64,000 nt of DNA. Source: the human T2T-CHM13v2.0 reference genome, Homo sapiens. The translations under genes and the position numbers were made by a program. The stretch lies in NCBI RefSeq assembly GCF_009914755.1, contig NC_060933.1; one strand, given 5' to 3'. The stretch's first letter is position 1. Each line of letters opens with the position of its first letter. Positions 1 through 16,100 of the stretch are shown piece by piece. The notes under the pieces are model-generated. The model saw only the letters and a list, made by a program, of their open reading frames with translations. It was not told the DNA's origin and did not search any database.

Positions 1-3000
1 CCATTCCATTCCATTCCATTCCATTCTATTCCATTCCATTGCAATCGAGTTGAATCCACTGCCTTTCATTCCATTCCATTCCATTCCATTCCATTCCGGA
101 AGATTCCATTCCATTACATTCCATTCCATTCCATTCCCCTGCACTCGCGTTGATTCCATTCCATTCCATTCCATTCCGTTCCGTTCCATTCCATTCCATT
201 CCATTCCATTCCATTCCATTCCGTTCCGTTCCGTTCCGTTCCATTCCATTCCATTCCATTCTATTCGGGTTAATTCCATTCCATTCCATTCGATTGCCAT
301 CGAGTTGATTCCATTCCATTCCATTCCAGTCCATTCCATTCCATTCCATTCATTTCCATTCCATTACGGATGACTTCATTCCATTGCATTCCATTCCATT
401 CCATTCCCGTGTACTCGGGTTGATTCCATTCCATTCCATTCCACTCCATTTGGTTCCGTTGCATTCCATTCTATTGCATTCCATTCTATTCGGGTTAATT
501 CCATTCCGTTCTATTCCATTCCATTCCATTCCATTCCATTGCAATGAAGTTGATTCCATTCCATTCCATTTCATTAGATTCCATTCCGGAAGATTCCATT
601 CCATTGCATTCCATTCCATTCCATTCCCCTGCACTCGCGTTGACACCATTCCATTCCATTCCATTCCATTCCATTCCGTTCCGTTCCGTTCCGTTCCTTT
701 CCGTTCCGTTCCATTCCATTCCATTCCATTCCATTCCATTCCGTTCCGTTCCATTCTATTCCATTCCATTCTATTCGGGTTAATTCCATTCCATTCCATT
801 CGATTGCAATCGTGTTGATTCCATTCCATTCCATTCCATTCCATTCCATTCCATTCCATTCCTTTCCATTGCATTACGGATGATTCCATTCCATTGCATT
901 CCATTCCATTCCATTCCCCTGTACTCGGGTTGATTCCATTCCATTGCATTCCAATCCATGCCCTTCCACTCGTGTTGATTCCATTCTTTCCATTCCGTTC
1001 AAGTTGAATCCATTCCATTGCATTCCATTCCATTCGATTCCATTCGATTGCACTCGGGTTGATTCCATTCCATTGCATTCCATTCCATTCCATTCCATTC
1101 CATTCCATTCCGTTCCATTCCATTCCATTACATTCGGATTGATTCTATTCAATTCCCTTACATTCCATTACGTTCCATTCCATTCGGGTAGTTTGCATTC
1201 CATTCCATTCCATTCCTCTCCATTCCATTGCACTCGGGTTGATTCCACTCCATTGCATTCCATTCCATTCCATTCAATTCCATTCCGTTCCATTCCATTC
1301 CATTACATTCGGATTGATTCTATTCATCTCCCTTAGTCTCCATTACATTCCATTCCATTCGGGTTGTTCCATTCCATTCCATTCCATACCACTCCATTCC
1401 ATTGCACTCGGGTTGATTCCATTCCATTCCATTCCATTCCATTCCATTCCATTCCATTCCGGAAGATTCCATTCCATTGCATTCCATTCCATTCCATTCC
1501 CCTGCACTCGCGTTGATTCCATTCCATTCCATTCCATTCCATTCCTTTCTGTTCCATTCCATTGCATTCCATTCCATTCCATTCCATTCCGTTCCGTTAT
1601 GTTCCATTCCATTCCATTCCATTCTATTCTGGTTAATTCCATTCCATTCCATTCGATTGCAATCGAGTTGATTCCATTCCATTCCATTCCATTCCATTCC
1701 ATTCCATTCCATTCCATTCCTTTCCATTCCATTACGGATGATTCCATTCCATTGCATTCCATTCCATTCCATTCCCCTGTACTCGGGTTGATTCCATTCC
1801 ATTCCATTCCAATCCATGGCATTCCACTCGTGTTGATTCCATTCTTTCCATTCCATTCAAGTTGAATCCATTCCATTCCATTCCATTCCATTCCATTCCA
1901 TTCCGTTCCGTTCCGTTCCGTTCCGTTCCGTTCCATTCCATTCCATTCCATTCTATTCGGGTTAATTCCATTCCATTCCATTCGATTGCAATCTAGTCGA
2001 TTCCATTCCATTCCATTCCATTCCATTCCATTCCATTCCATTCCATTCCTTTCCATTCCATTACGGATGATTCCATTCCATTGCATTCCATTCCATTCCA
2101 TTCCCCTGTACTCGGGTTGATTCAATTCCATTCCATTCCAATCCATGCCATTCCACTCGTGTTGATTCCATTCTTTCCATTCCATTCAAGTTGAATCCAT
2201 TCCATTGCATTCCATTCCATTCCATTCCCCTGCAGTCGGGTTGATTCCATTCCATTCCATTCCATTCCATTCCGTTCCGTTCCATTCCATTCCATTCCTT
2301 TCTATTCGGGTTAATTCCATTCCATTCCATTCCATTCCATTCCATTCCATTCCATTCCAATCAAGTTGATTCCATTCCATTCCATTCCATTCCATTCCAT
2401 TCCATTCCACTCCATTCCGTTCCATTCCATTCCATTCCATTGTATTCGGGTTAATTCCATTCCATTCCGTTCCATTCCATTCCATTCCATTCCATTACAA
2501 TCGAGTTGATTCCATTCCATTCCATTCCATTCCAGTCCTTTCCATTCCATTCCACTCGGGTTGATTCCATTCTATTAGTTTCCATTCCATTCCATTCCGT
2601 TCCATTCCACTCTGGTTGATTCCATTCCTTTCCATTCCACTCGAATACATTCCCTCCTATTCCACTCGGAACGATTCCATTCCATTCCATTCCATGCCAT
2701 TCCATTCCATTCCATTCCATTCCATTCCGTTCCATTCCGTTCCATTCCATTCCATTCCATTCTATTCGGATTAATTCCATTCCATTCCATTCCATTCCAT
2801 TCTATTCCACTCCATTGCAATCGAGTTGAATCCATTGCATTTCATTCCATTCCATTCCATTCCATTCCATTCCATTCCATTTCGTTCCATTCCATTCTAT
2901 TCCGTATCATTCCATTCCATTCCATTCCATTCCATTCCATTCCATTCCATTCCATTCCATTCCATTGTACTCGGGTTGATTCCATTCCATTGCATTCCAT

Positions 3001-6000
3001 TCCATTCCATTCCATTCCATTCCATTCCATTCCATTCCATTCCATTCCGTTCCATTCCATTACATTCGGATTGATTCTTTTCAACTCCCTTACTCTCCAT
3101 TACATTCCATTCCATTCGGATTGTTCCATTCCATTCCATTCCACTCCATTCCATTGCACTCGGGTTGATTCCATTCCATTCCATTGCATTCCATTCCGGA
3201 TGATTCCATTCCATTGCATTCCGTTCCATTACATTTCCCTGCACTCGGGTTGATTCCATTCCATTCCATTCCATTCCATTCCATTCCATTCCATTCCATT
3301 CCATTCCATTCCCCTGCACTCGCGTTGATTCCATTCCATTCCATTCCATTCCATTCCATTCCATTCCATTCCTTTCCATTCCAGTCCTTTCCATTCCATT
3401 CCACTCGGGTTGATTCCATTCTATTAGTTTCCATTCCATTCCATTCCCTTCCATTCCACTGTGGTTGATTCCATTCCTTTCCATTCCACTCGAATACATT
3501 CCCTCCTATTCCACTCGGAACGATTCCATTCCATTCCATTCCATTCCATTCCATTCCATTCCATTCTATTTCGTTCCATTCCATTCTATTCCGTATCATT
3601 CCATTCCATTCCATTCCATTCCATTCCATTCCATTCCATTCCATTGTACTCAGGTTGATTCAATTCCATTGCATTCCATTCCATTCCATTCCATTCCATT
3701 CCATTCAATTCCATTCCATTACAATTCGTTCCATTCCATTCTATTCCGTACCATTCCATTCCATTCCATACCATTCCATTCCATTCCATTCCATTCCATT
3801 CCGTTGCATTCCGTTCAATTCCATTCCATTCCATTCTATTCGGATTAATTCCATTCCATTCCATTCCATTCCATTCCATTCCATTCCATTCCATTTCGTT
3901 CCATTCCATTCTGTTCCGTATCATTCCATTCCATTCCATTCCATTCCCTTCCATTCCATTCCATTACATTCCACTCGTGTTGATTCCATTCCTTTCCATT
4001 CCACTCGGTTTGAAGGCATTCCATTCCATTCCATTCCATTCCATTCCATTCCATTCCATTGTACTCGGGTTGATTCCATTCCATTGCATTCCATTCCATT
4101 CCAATCCGTTGCATTCCATTCCATTACATTCGGATTGATTCTATTCAACTCCCTTACTCTCTATTACATTCCATTCCATTCGTGTTGTTCCATTCCATTC
4201 CATTCCATTCCACTCCATTCCATTGCACTCGGGTTGATTCCATTCCATTCCATTCCATTCCATTCCATTCCGGATGATTCCGTTCCATTGCATTCCGTTC
4301 CATTACATTCCCCTGCACTCGCGTTGATTCCATTCCATTCCATTCCATTCCATTCCATTCAATTCCATTCCATTACAATTCGTTCCATTCCATTCTATTC
4401 CGTACCATTCCATTACATTCCATACCATACCATTCCATTCCATTCCATTCCATTCCATTCCGTTCCGTTCCATTCCGTTCCATTCCATTCCATTCCATTC
4501 TATTCGGGTTAATTCCATTCCATTCCATTCCAATCTATTCCATTCCATTGCAATCGAGTTGAATCCATTGCATTTCAATCCATTCCATTCCATTCCATTC
4601 CATTCCATTGCAATCGAGTTGAATCCTTTGCATTTCATTCCATTCCATTCCATTCCATTCCATTCCGGAAGATTCCATTCCATTGCATTGCATTCCATTC
4701 CATTCCCCTGCACTTGCGTTGATTCCATTCCATTCCATTCCATTCCATTCCATTCCGTTCCGTTCCGTTCCATTTCATTCCATTCCATTCCATTCCATTC
4801 CGTTCCGTTCCGTTCCATTCCATTCCATTCTATTCGGGTTAATTCCATTCCATTCCATTCGATTGCAATCCAGTTGATTCCATTCCATTCCATTCCATTC
4901 CATTCCGTTCCATTCCATTCCATTCCATTCTATTCGGGTTAATTCCATTCCATTCCTTTCCATTCCATTCCATTCCATTCCAATCGAGTTGATTCCATTC
5001 CATTCCATTCCATTCCATTCCACTCCATTCCAGTCCTTTCCATTCCATTACACTCGGGTTGATTCCGTTCTATTCCTTTCCATTCCATTCCATTCCATTG
5101 CAATCGAGTTGATTCCATTGCTTTGCATTCCATTCCATTCCATTCCATTCCGGATGATTCCATTCCATTGCATTCCATTCCATTCCATTCCCCTGCACTC
5201 GGGTTGATTCCATTCCATTCTACTCCATTCCGTTCCATTCTAGTCCATTCCATTTTTTTCGGGTTAATTCCATTTCATTCCATTCCATTCCATTCCATTA
5301 CAATGTAGTTGATTCCATTCAATTCCATTCCATTCCATTCCATTCCAGTCCTTTCCATTCCATTCCACTCGGGTTGATTCCATTCTATTAGTTTCCATTC
5401 CATTCCATTCCCTTCCGTTCCAATCTCGTTGATTACATTCCTTTCCCTTCCACTCGAATACATTCCCTCCTATTCCACTCAGAACGATTCCATTCCATTC
5501 CATTCCATTCCATTCCATTCCATTCCATTCCAGTTCGTTCCATTCCATTCTATTCCGTACCATTCTATTCCATTCCATTCCTTTCCATTCCATTCCATTC
5601 CAGTCGTGGTGATTCCATTCCTTTCCATTCCATTCGGTTTGAAGGCATTCCATTCCATTCAATTCCATTCCATTCTATTCCATTCCATTCCATTCCATTC
5701 CATTCCATTGTACTCGAGTTGATTCCATTCCATTGCATTCAATTCCATTCCATTCCATTCCATTGTACTCGAGTTGATTCCATTCCATTGCATTCCATTC
5801 CATTCCATTCCATTCCATTCCGTTGCATTCCATTCCATTATATTCGGATTGATTCTATTCAACTCCCTTACTCTCCATTACATTCCATTCCATTCGGGTT
5901 GTTCCATTCCATTCCATTCCATTCCACTCCATTGCATTGCACTCGGGTTGATTCCATTCCATTCCATTCCATTCCATTCCATTCCGGATGATTCCATTCC

Positions 6001-7150
6001 ATTGCATTCCGTTCCATTACATTCCCCTGCACTCGCGTTGATTCCATTCCATTCCATTCCATTCCATTCCATTCAATTCCATTCCATTGCAATTCGTTCC
6101 ATTCCATTCTATTCCGTACCATTCCATTCCATTCCATACCTTTCCATTCCATTCCATTCCATTCCGTTCCATTCTGTTCCTTTCCTTTCCATTCCATTCT
6201 ATTCGGATTAATTCCATTCCATTCCATTCCATTCCATTCTATTCCATTCCATTGCAATCGAGTTGAATCCATTGCATTTCATTCCATTCCATTCCATTCC
6301 ATTCCATTCCGGAAGATTCCATTCCATTGCATTCCATTCCATTCCATTCCCCTGCACTCGCGTTAATTCCATTCCATTCCATTCCATTCCATTCCATTCC
6401 GTTCCGTTCAATTCCATTCCATTCCATTCCATTCCATTCCATTCCATTCCGTTCCGTTCCATTCCATTCCATTCTATTCGGGTTAATTCCATTCCATTCC
6501 ATTCCATTCCATTCCATTCCATTCCAATCGAGTTGATTCCATTCCTTTCCATTCCATTCCATTCCACTCCATTCCAGTCCTTTCCATTCCATTCCACTCG
6601 GGTTGATTCCAATGTATTCCTTTCCATTCCATTCCATTCCATTGCAATCGAGTTGATTCCATTGCTTTTCATTCCATTCCATTCCATTCCATTCCGGATG
6701 ACTCCATTCCATTGCATTCCATTCCATTGCATTCCCCTGCACTCGGGTTGATTCCATTCCATTCCACTCCATTTCGTTGCATTCCATTCCATTCCATTGT
6801 ATTCGGGTTAATTCCATTCCATTCCATTCCCTTCCATTCCATTCCATTCTATTCCATTCCATTCCATTCCATTACCCTGCACTCAGTTTGATTCCATTCC
6901 ATTCCATTCCATTCCGTTCCATTCCATTCCAATCCATTCTATTCGCATTAATTCCATTCAATTCCATTCCATTACATTCCATTGCAATCGAGTTGATTCC
7001 ATTCCATTCCATTCCATTCCATTCAAGTCCTTTCCATTCCATTCCACTCGTGTTGATTCCATTTTATTAGTTTCCATTCCATTCCATTCCCTTCCATTCC
7101 ACTCTGGTTGATTCCATTCCTTTCCATTCTACTCGAATGCATTCCCTTCT
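1..7150 (+). repeat. Variant domain A (forward)
   Basis: Landmarks ccggaagatt, aactcccttactctcc, cgggttgttcc, ctattagtttcc, ccctcctattccactcggaacga, tttgaaggca and multi-copy (cgttc)n runs. The right boundary is approximate. Confidence 0.7.
93..107. promoter_or_regulatory. Sequence match to a canonical three-unit heat-shock element (representative copy)
   Basis: aTTCc-gGAAg-aTTCc fits nTTCn-nGAAn-nTTCn. Further copies at 583, 1,456, 4,662, 6,306, 27,632 (inverted), 40,546, 42,977 and others. This is a motif match only; binding is not shown. Confidence 0.5.
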
Positions 7151-10100
7151 ATTCCACTCTGATTGATTCCATTCCATTCCGTTCCATTCCATTCCATTTC
7201 GTTCCATTCCATTCTATTCCATTCCATTCCATTCCATTCCTTTCCATTCCATTCCGTTCCATTCCATTCCATTCCATTCCATTTCTTTCCATTCCATTCT
7301 ATTCCATACCATTCCATTCCATTCCGTTCCATGCCATTCCACTCGGGTTGATTCCATTGCTTTCCATTCCATTTGGGTTGAATCCATTCCATTCCATTCC
7401 ATTCCATTCCATTCCATTCCATTCCATTCCATTCCATTCCATTGCATTCCATTCCATTGCACTAGGATTGATTCCATTCCACTGCATTCCATTCCATTCC
7501 ATTCCATTCCATTCCATTCCATTACATTACATTCGTATTGATTGTATTCAATTCCCTTACACTCCATTACATTCCATTCCATTCGGGTTGTTTCCATTCC
7601 ATTCCATTCCATTCCACTCCATTCCATTGCAGTCGGGTTGATTCCATTCCATTCCATTCCATTCCCTTCCATTCCATTTCGTTCCATTCCATTCTATTCC
7701 GTACCATTCCATTCCATTCCATTCCATTCCATTCCATTCCATTCCATTCCACTCCATGCCATTCCATTCCATGCCATTCCACTCGGGTTGATTCCATTCC
7801 ATTCCATTCCATTCGGGTTGAAACCATTCCATTCCATTCCATTCCATTTCATTCCATTCCGGATGATTGCATTCCATTGCCTTCCATTCAATTGCATTCC
7901 CCTGCACCCGGGTTGATTCCATTCAATTCCATTCCATTCCATTCCGTTCCATTCCATTCCATACCATTCCATTCCATTCCATTCCATTCTATTCGGGTTA
8001 ATTCCATTCCATTCCATTCCATTCCATTCAATTTCATTGCAATCGGGTTGATTCCATTCCGTTCCATTCCATTGCATTCCATTCCATTCCATTCCATTCC
8101 ATTCCATTCCATTCCATTCCATTCCATTCCATTCCACTCGGGTTGATTCCATTCCTTTCCATTCCATTCGGGGTGAAGCCTTTCCATTCCATTCCATTCC
8201 TTTCGATTCCATTCCATTGCACTCGGGTGGATCCCATTCCATTGCATTCCATTCCATTCCATTCCATTCCATTCCATTCCATTCCGTTCCATTCAATTCC
8301 ATTACATTCGGATTGATTCTATTCAATTCCCTTACACTCCATCACATTCCATTCCATTCGGGTTGTTTCCATTCCATTCCATTCCATTCCATTCCATTCC
8401 ATTCCATTCCATTCCATTCCGTATGATTCCATTCCATTGCATTCTATTCCATTCCATTCCCCTGCAGTCAGGTGGATTCCATTCCATTCCATTCCATTCC
8501 ATTCCATTCCATTCCATTCCATTCCATTCCATTGAAATCGACTTGATTCCATTCCATTCCATTCCATTCCATTCCATTCCATTCCATTCTATTCGGGTTA
8601 ATTCCATTCCATTCCATTCCATTCCATTCCATTCCATTCCATTCCATTCCATTCTATTAGGGTTAATTCCATTCCATTCCATTCCATTCCATTCCATTGC
8701 AATCGAGTTGATTCCATTCCATTCCATTCCATTCCATTCCATTCAATTCCATTGAACTCGGGTTGATTCCATTCCATTCCATGCCATTCCATTTCATTCC
8801 AATCCATTGCCTTCCATTCCATTCCATTCCTCTGCACTCGGGTTGATTCCATTCCATTCCATTCCATTCCATTCCATTCCATTCCATGCCATTCCACTCG
8901 GGTTGATTCCATTACTTTCCATTACATTCGAATTGAATCCATTCCATTCGATTCCATTCCATTCGATTCCATTCCATTGCTCACGGGTTCATTCCATTCC
9001 ATTCCATTCCATTCCATTCCGTTCCATTTCGTTCCATTCCATTCTCTTCCGTACCATTCCATTCCATGCAATTCCACTCGGGTTTATTCCATTCCTTTCC
9101 ATTCCATTCGGGTTGAATTCATTCCATTCCATTCCATTCCATTCCATTCCATTCCATTCCATTGCACTCGGGTTGATTCCTTCCATTCCATTCCATTTCA
9201 TTCCATTCCCTTCCATTCCATTTCATTCCATTCCATTCCATTCTCTTCCATTCCATTCCATTCCATGCCATTCCACTCGGGTTGATTCCATTCCTTTCCA
9301 TTCCATTCCAGTTGAACCCATTCCATTCTTTTCCATTCCATTCCATTCCATTCTATTCCATTTCGTTTCATTCCATTCCATTACATTCGGATTGATTCTT
9401 TTTAATTCCCTTACAGTCCATTACATTCCATTCCATTCGGGTACTTTCCATTCCATTCCATTCCATTCCACTGCATTCTATTGCACTCGGGTTGATTGAT
9501 TCCTTTCCATTGCATTCCATTCCATTCCATTCAATTCCGGATGACTCCATTCCATTGCTTTCCATTCCATTCCATTCCCCTGCACTCGGGTTGATCCCAT
9601 TCCATTCCATTGCTTTCCATTCCATTCCATTCCGCTGCACTCGGGTTGATCCCATTCCATTGCATTCCATTCCATTCCATTCCATTCCTTTCCATTCCAT
9701 TCCATTCCATTCTGTTCAGGTTAATTCCATTCCATTCCATTCCCTTCCATTCCATTCCATTCCATTCCATTCCATCCCATTGCAATCGAGTTGATTCCAT
9801 TGCATTCCATTCCATTCCATTCCATTCCATTGCATTCCATTCCATTCCATTCCATTCCATTGCATTCCATTCCATTCCATTCCCCTGCACTCAGATTGAT
9901 TCCATTCCATCCCATTCCTTTCCATTCCATTCCATTCCATTCTATTCGCGTTAATTCCATTCCATTCCATTCCATTCCATTACATTCCATTGCAATCGAG
10001 TTGATTCCATTCCATTCCCTTCCATTCCATTCCATTTCGATCCATTCCATTCTATTCCGTACCATTCCATTCCATTCCATTCCATTCCATTCCATTCCAT

Positions 10101-13100
10101 TCCATGCCATTCCACTCGGGTTGATTCTATTGCTTTCCATTCCATTTGGGTTGAATCCAATCCATTCCATTGCATTCCATTCCATTCCATTCCATTCCAT
10201 TGCACTAGGTTTGATTCCATTCCACTGCATTCCATTCCATTCCATTCCGTTCCATTCCATTCCATTACATTCGGATTGATTGTATTCAATTCCTTACACT
10301 CCATTACATTCCATTCCATTCGGGTTGTTTCCATTCCGTTCCATTCCATTCCATTCCATTCCATTGCACTCAGGTTGATTGCATTCCATTCCATTCCATT
10401 CCATTCCATTCCATTTCGTTCCATTCCATTCTATTCCGTACCATTCCATTCCATTCCATTCCATTCCATGCCATTCCACTCGGGTTTATTCCATTCCTTT
10501 CCATTCCATTCGGGTTGAATCCATTCCATTCCATTCCGTTCCATTCCATTCCATTCCATTCTGTTCAGGTTAATTCCATTCCATTCCTTTCCCTTCCATT
10601 CCATTCCATTCCATTCCATTGCAATCGAGTTGTTTCCATTGCATTCCATTCCATTACATTCCATTGCATTCCATTCCATTCCATTCCCCTGCACTCAGGT
10701 TGATTCCATTCGATTCCATTCCATTCCATTCCATTCCGTTCCATTACATTCCATTCCATTCTATTCGCTTTAATTGCATTCCATTCCATTCCATTGCATT
10801 CCATTGCAATCGAGTTGATTCCATTCCTTTCCGTTCCATTCCATTCCATTCCATTCCATTTCGTTCCATTCCATTCTATTCCGTACCATTCCATTCCATT
10901 CCATTCCATTCCGTTCCATTCCATTCCATGCCATTCCACTCACGTTGATTCCATTGCTTTCCATTCCATTTGGGTTGAATCCATTCCATTCCATTCCATT
11001 CCATTCCATTCCATTGCACTAGGTTTGATTCCATTCCACTGCATTCCATTCCATTCCATTCCATTCCGTTCCATTCCATTCCATTACATTCGGATTGATT
11101 GTATTCAATTCCCTTACACTCCATTTCATTCCATTCCATTCGGGTTGTTTCCATACCATTCCATTCCATTCTATTCCATTTCGTACCATTCCATTCTATT
11201 CGGTACCATTCCATTCCATTCCATTCCATTCCATTCCATGCCATTCCACTTGGGTTCATTCCCTTCCTTTGCATTCCATTCGGGTTGAATCCATTCCATT
11301 CCATTCCATACCATTCCATTCCATTCCACTGCATTCTATTGCACTCGGGTTGATTGATTCCATTCCATTGCATTCCATTCCATTCCATTCCATTCCGGAT
11401 GATTCCATTCCATTGCATTCCATTGCATTCCATTCCCCTGTACTCGGGTTGATCCCATTCCATTGCATTCCATTCCATTCCATTCCATTCCATTCCATTC
11501 CATTCCGTTCCGTTCCATTCCATTCCCTTCCATTCTGTTCAGGTTAATTCCATTCCATTCCATTCCCTTCCATTCCATTCCATTCCATTCCATTCCATGC
11601 CATTCCACTCGGGTTGATTCAATTCCTTTCCATTCCATTCGAGTTGAACCCATTCCATTCCATTCCATTCCATTCCATTCCACTCGGGTTGATTCCATTC
11701 CTTTCCATTCCATTCGGGTTGAAACCATTCCATTCCATTCCATTCCTTTCGATTCCATTCCATTTCACTCGGGTTGATCCCATTCCATTGCATTCCATTC
11801 CATTCCATTGCATTCCATTCCGTTCCATTCCATTCCATTACATTCGTATTGATTCTATTCAATTCCCTTACTCTCCATTACATTCCATTCCATTCGGGTT
11901 GTTTCCATTCCATTCCATTCCATTCCACTCTATTCCATTGCAATCGGGTTGATTCCATTCCATTCCATTGCATTCCATTCCATTCCATTCCATTCCTTAT
12001 GATTCCATTCCATTGCATTCCATTCCATTCCATTCCCCTGCACTCGGGTGGATTCCATTCTATTCCATTCCATTCCATTCCATTCCATTCCATTCCATTC
12101 CATTCTATTCGGGTTAATTTCATTCCATTCCATTCCATTCCCTTCCATTGCATTCCATTCCATTCCATTCCATTCCATTGAAATCGAGTTGATTCCATTC
12201 CATTCCATTCCATTCCATTCCATTCCATTCCATTCCATTCCATTCTATTCGGGTTAATTCCATTCCATTCCATTCCATTCCATTCCCTTCCATTCCATTC
12301 TATTCCATTCCATTCCATTCCATTCCATTCTAGTAGGGTTAATTCCATTCCAATCCATTCCATTCCATTCCATTCCATTCCATTCCATTCAATTCCATTG
12401 AACTCGGGTTGATTCCATTCCATTCCATGCCATTCCATTTCATTCCATTGCATTCCATTCCATTCCATTCCATTCCATTCCTTTCCGTTCTATTCAATTA
12501 CATTCGGATTGATTCTATTCAATTCCCTTACACTCCAATACATTCTATTCCATTCGTGTTGTTTCCATTCTATTCCATTCCATTCCACTCCATTCCATTG
12601 CACTCTGGTTGATTCCATTCCATTCCCTTCCATTCCGTATGACTCCATTCCATTTCATTCCATTGCATTGCTTTCCCCTGCACTCGAGTTGATTACATTC
12701 CATTCCATTCCCTTCCTTTCCGTTCCATTCCATTCTATTCGGGTTAATTCCATTCCATTCCATTACATTCCATTCCCTTCCATTCCATTCCATTCCATTC
12801 CATTCCATTCGATTCTATTCGGGTTAATTCCATTCCATTCCATTCCATTCCATTCCATTCCATTCCATTCCATTCCATTGCAATCGAGTTGATTCCATTC
12901 CATTCCATTCCATTCCATTGCATTCCATTCCATTCCATTCCGTTCCATTCCATTCCATTACATTCGGATTGATTCTTTTTAATTCCCTTACACTCCATTC
13001 CATTCCATTCCATTCGGGTACTTTCCATTCCATTCCATTCCATTCCACTGCATTCTATTGCACTCGGGTTCATTGATTCCATTCCATTGCATTCCATTCC

Positions 13101-16100
13101 ATTCCATTCCCCTGCACTCGGGTTGATCCCATTGCATTGCATTCCATTCCATTCCATTCCATTCCGTTCCATTCCATTCCATTTCATTCTGTTCAGGTTA
13201 ATTCCATTCCATTCCATTCTCTTCCATTCCGTTCCATTCCATTCCATTCCATTCTGTTCAGGTTAATTCCATTCCATTCCATTACCTTCCATTCCATTCC
13301 ATTCCATTCCATCCCATTGCAATCTAGTTGATTCCATTGCATTCCATTCCATTCCATTCCATTCCATTGCATTCCATTCCATTCCATTGCTTTCCATTCC
13401 ATTCCATTCACCTGCACTCAGATTGATTCCATTCCATCCCATTCCATTGCATTCCGTTCCATTACATTCCATTCCATTCTATTCGCGTTAATTCCATTCC
13501 ATTCCATTCCATTACATTCCATTGCAATCGAGTTGATTCCATTCCATTCCGTTCCATTCCATTCCATTCCATTCCATTTCGTTCCATTCCATTCTATTCC
13601 GTACCATTCCATTCCATTCCATTCCATTCCGTTCCATTCCATTCCATGCCATTCCACTCACGTTGATTCCATTGCTTTGCATTCCATTTGGGTTGAATCC
13701 ATTCCATTCCATTCCATTCCATTCCATTCCATTGCACTAGGTTTGATTCCATTCCACTGCATTCCATTCCATTCCATTCCATTCCGTTCCATTCCATTCC
13801 ATTACATTCGGATTGATTGTATTCAATTCCGTTACACTCCATTACATTCCATTCCATTCGGGTTGTTTCCATACCATTCCATTCCATTCTATTCCATTTC
13901 GTTCCATTCTATTCTATTCGGTACCATTCCATTCCATTCCATTCCATTCCATTCCATGCCATTCCACTTTGGTTGATTCCCTTCCTTTCCATTCCATTCG
14001 GGTTGAATCCATTCCATTCCATTCCATACCATTCCATTCCATTCCACTGCATTCTATTGCACTCGGGTTGATTGATTCCATTCCATTGCATTCCATTCCA
14101 TTCCATTCCATTCCGGATGATTCCATTCCATTGCATTCCATTGCATTCCATTCCCCTGTACTCGGGTTGATCCCATTCCATTGCTTTCCATTCCATTCCA
14201 TTCCATTCCATTCCATTCCATTCCGTTCTGTTCCATTCCATTCCCTTCCATTCTGTTCAGGTTAATTCCATTCCATTCCATTCCCTTCCATTCCATTCCA
14301 TTCCATTCCATTCCATTCCATTCCATGCCATTCCACTCGGGTTGATTCAATTCCTTTCCATTCCATTGGAGTTGAACCCATTCCATTCCATTCCATTCCA
14401 TTCCATTCCATTCCATTCCACTCGGGTTGATTCCATTCCTTTCCATTCCATTCGGGTTGAAACCATTCCATTCCATTCCATTCCTTTCGATTCCATTCCA
14501 TTTCACTCGGGTTGATCCCATTCCATTGCATTCCATTCCATTCCATGGCATTCCATTCCGTTCCATTCCATTCCATTACATTCGTATTGATTCTATTCAA
14601 TTCCCTTACTCTCCATTACATTCCATTCCATTCGGGTTGTTTCCATTCCATTCCATTCCATTCCACTCTATTCCATTGCAATCGGGTTGATTCCATTCCA
14701 TTCCATTGCATTCCATTCCATTCCATTCCATTCCGTATGATTCCATTCCATTGCATTCCATTCCATTCCATTCCCCTGCACTCGGGTGGATTCCATTCTA
14801 TTCCATTCCATTCCATTCCATTCCATTCCATTCCATTCCATTCCATTCCATTCTATTCGGGTTAATTTCATTCCATTCCATTCCATTCCCTTCCATTGCA
14901 TTCCATTCCATTCCATTCCATTCCATTGAAATCGAGTTGATTCCATTCCATTCCATTCCATTCCATTCCATTCCATTCCATTCCATTCCATTCTATTCGG
15001 GTTAATTCCATTCCATTCCATTCCATTCCATTCCCTTCCATTCCATTCTATTCCATTCCATTCCATTCCATTCCATTCTAGTAGGGTTAATTCCATTCCA
15101 TTCCATTCCATTCCATTCCATTCCATTCCATTCCGTTGCAATCGAGTTGATTCCATTCCATTCCATTCCATTCCATTCCATTCCATTCAATTCCATTGAA
15201 CTCGGGTTGATTCCATTCCATTCCATGCCATTCCATTTCATTCCATTCCATTCCATTCCATTCCATTCCACTCCATTCCATTCCATTCCATTCCTTTCCG
15301 TTCTATTCAATTACATTCGGATTGATTCTATTCAATTCCCTTACACTCCAATATATTCTATTCCATTCGTGTTGTTTCCATTCTATTCCATTCCATTCCA
15401 CTCCATTCCATTGCACTCTGGTTGATTCCATTCCATTCCCTTCCATTCCGTATGACTCCATTCCATTTCATTCCATTGCATTGCTTTCCCCTGCACTCGA
15501 GTTGATTACATTCCATTCCATTCCCTTCCTTTCCGTTCCATTCCATTCTATTCGGGTTAATTCCATTCCATTCCATTACATTCCATTCCCTTCCATTCCA
15601 TTCCATTCCATTCCATTCCATTCCATTCGATTCTATTCGGGTTAATTCCATTCCATTCCATTCCATTCCATTCCATTCCATTCCATTCCATTCCATTGCA
15701 ATCGAGTTGATTCCATTCCATTCCATTCCATTCCATTCCATTCCATTCCATTCCATTCCGTTCCATTCCATTCCACTACATTCGGATTGATTCTTTTTAA
15801 TTCCCTTACACTCCATTCCATTCCATTCCATTCGGGTACTTTCCATTCCATTCCATTCCATTCCACTGCATTCTATTGCACTCGGGTTCATTGATTCCAT
15901 TCCATTGCATTCCATTCCATTCCATTCCCCTGCACTCGGGTTGATCCCATTGCAATGCATTCCATTCCATTCCATTCCATTCCGTTCCATTCCATTCCAT
16001 ATCATTCTGTTCAGGTTAATTCCATTCCATTCCATTCTCTTCCATTCCGTTCCATTCCATTCCATTCCATTCTGTTCAGGTTAATTCCATTCCATTCCAT

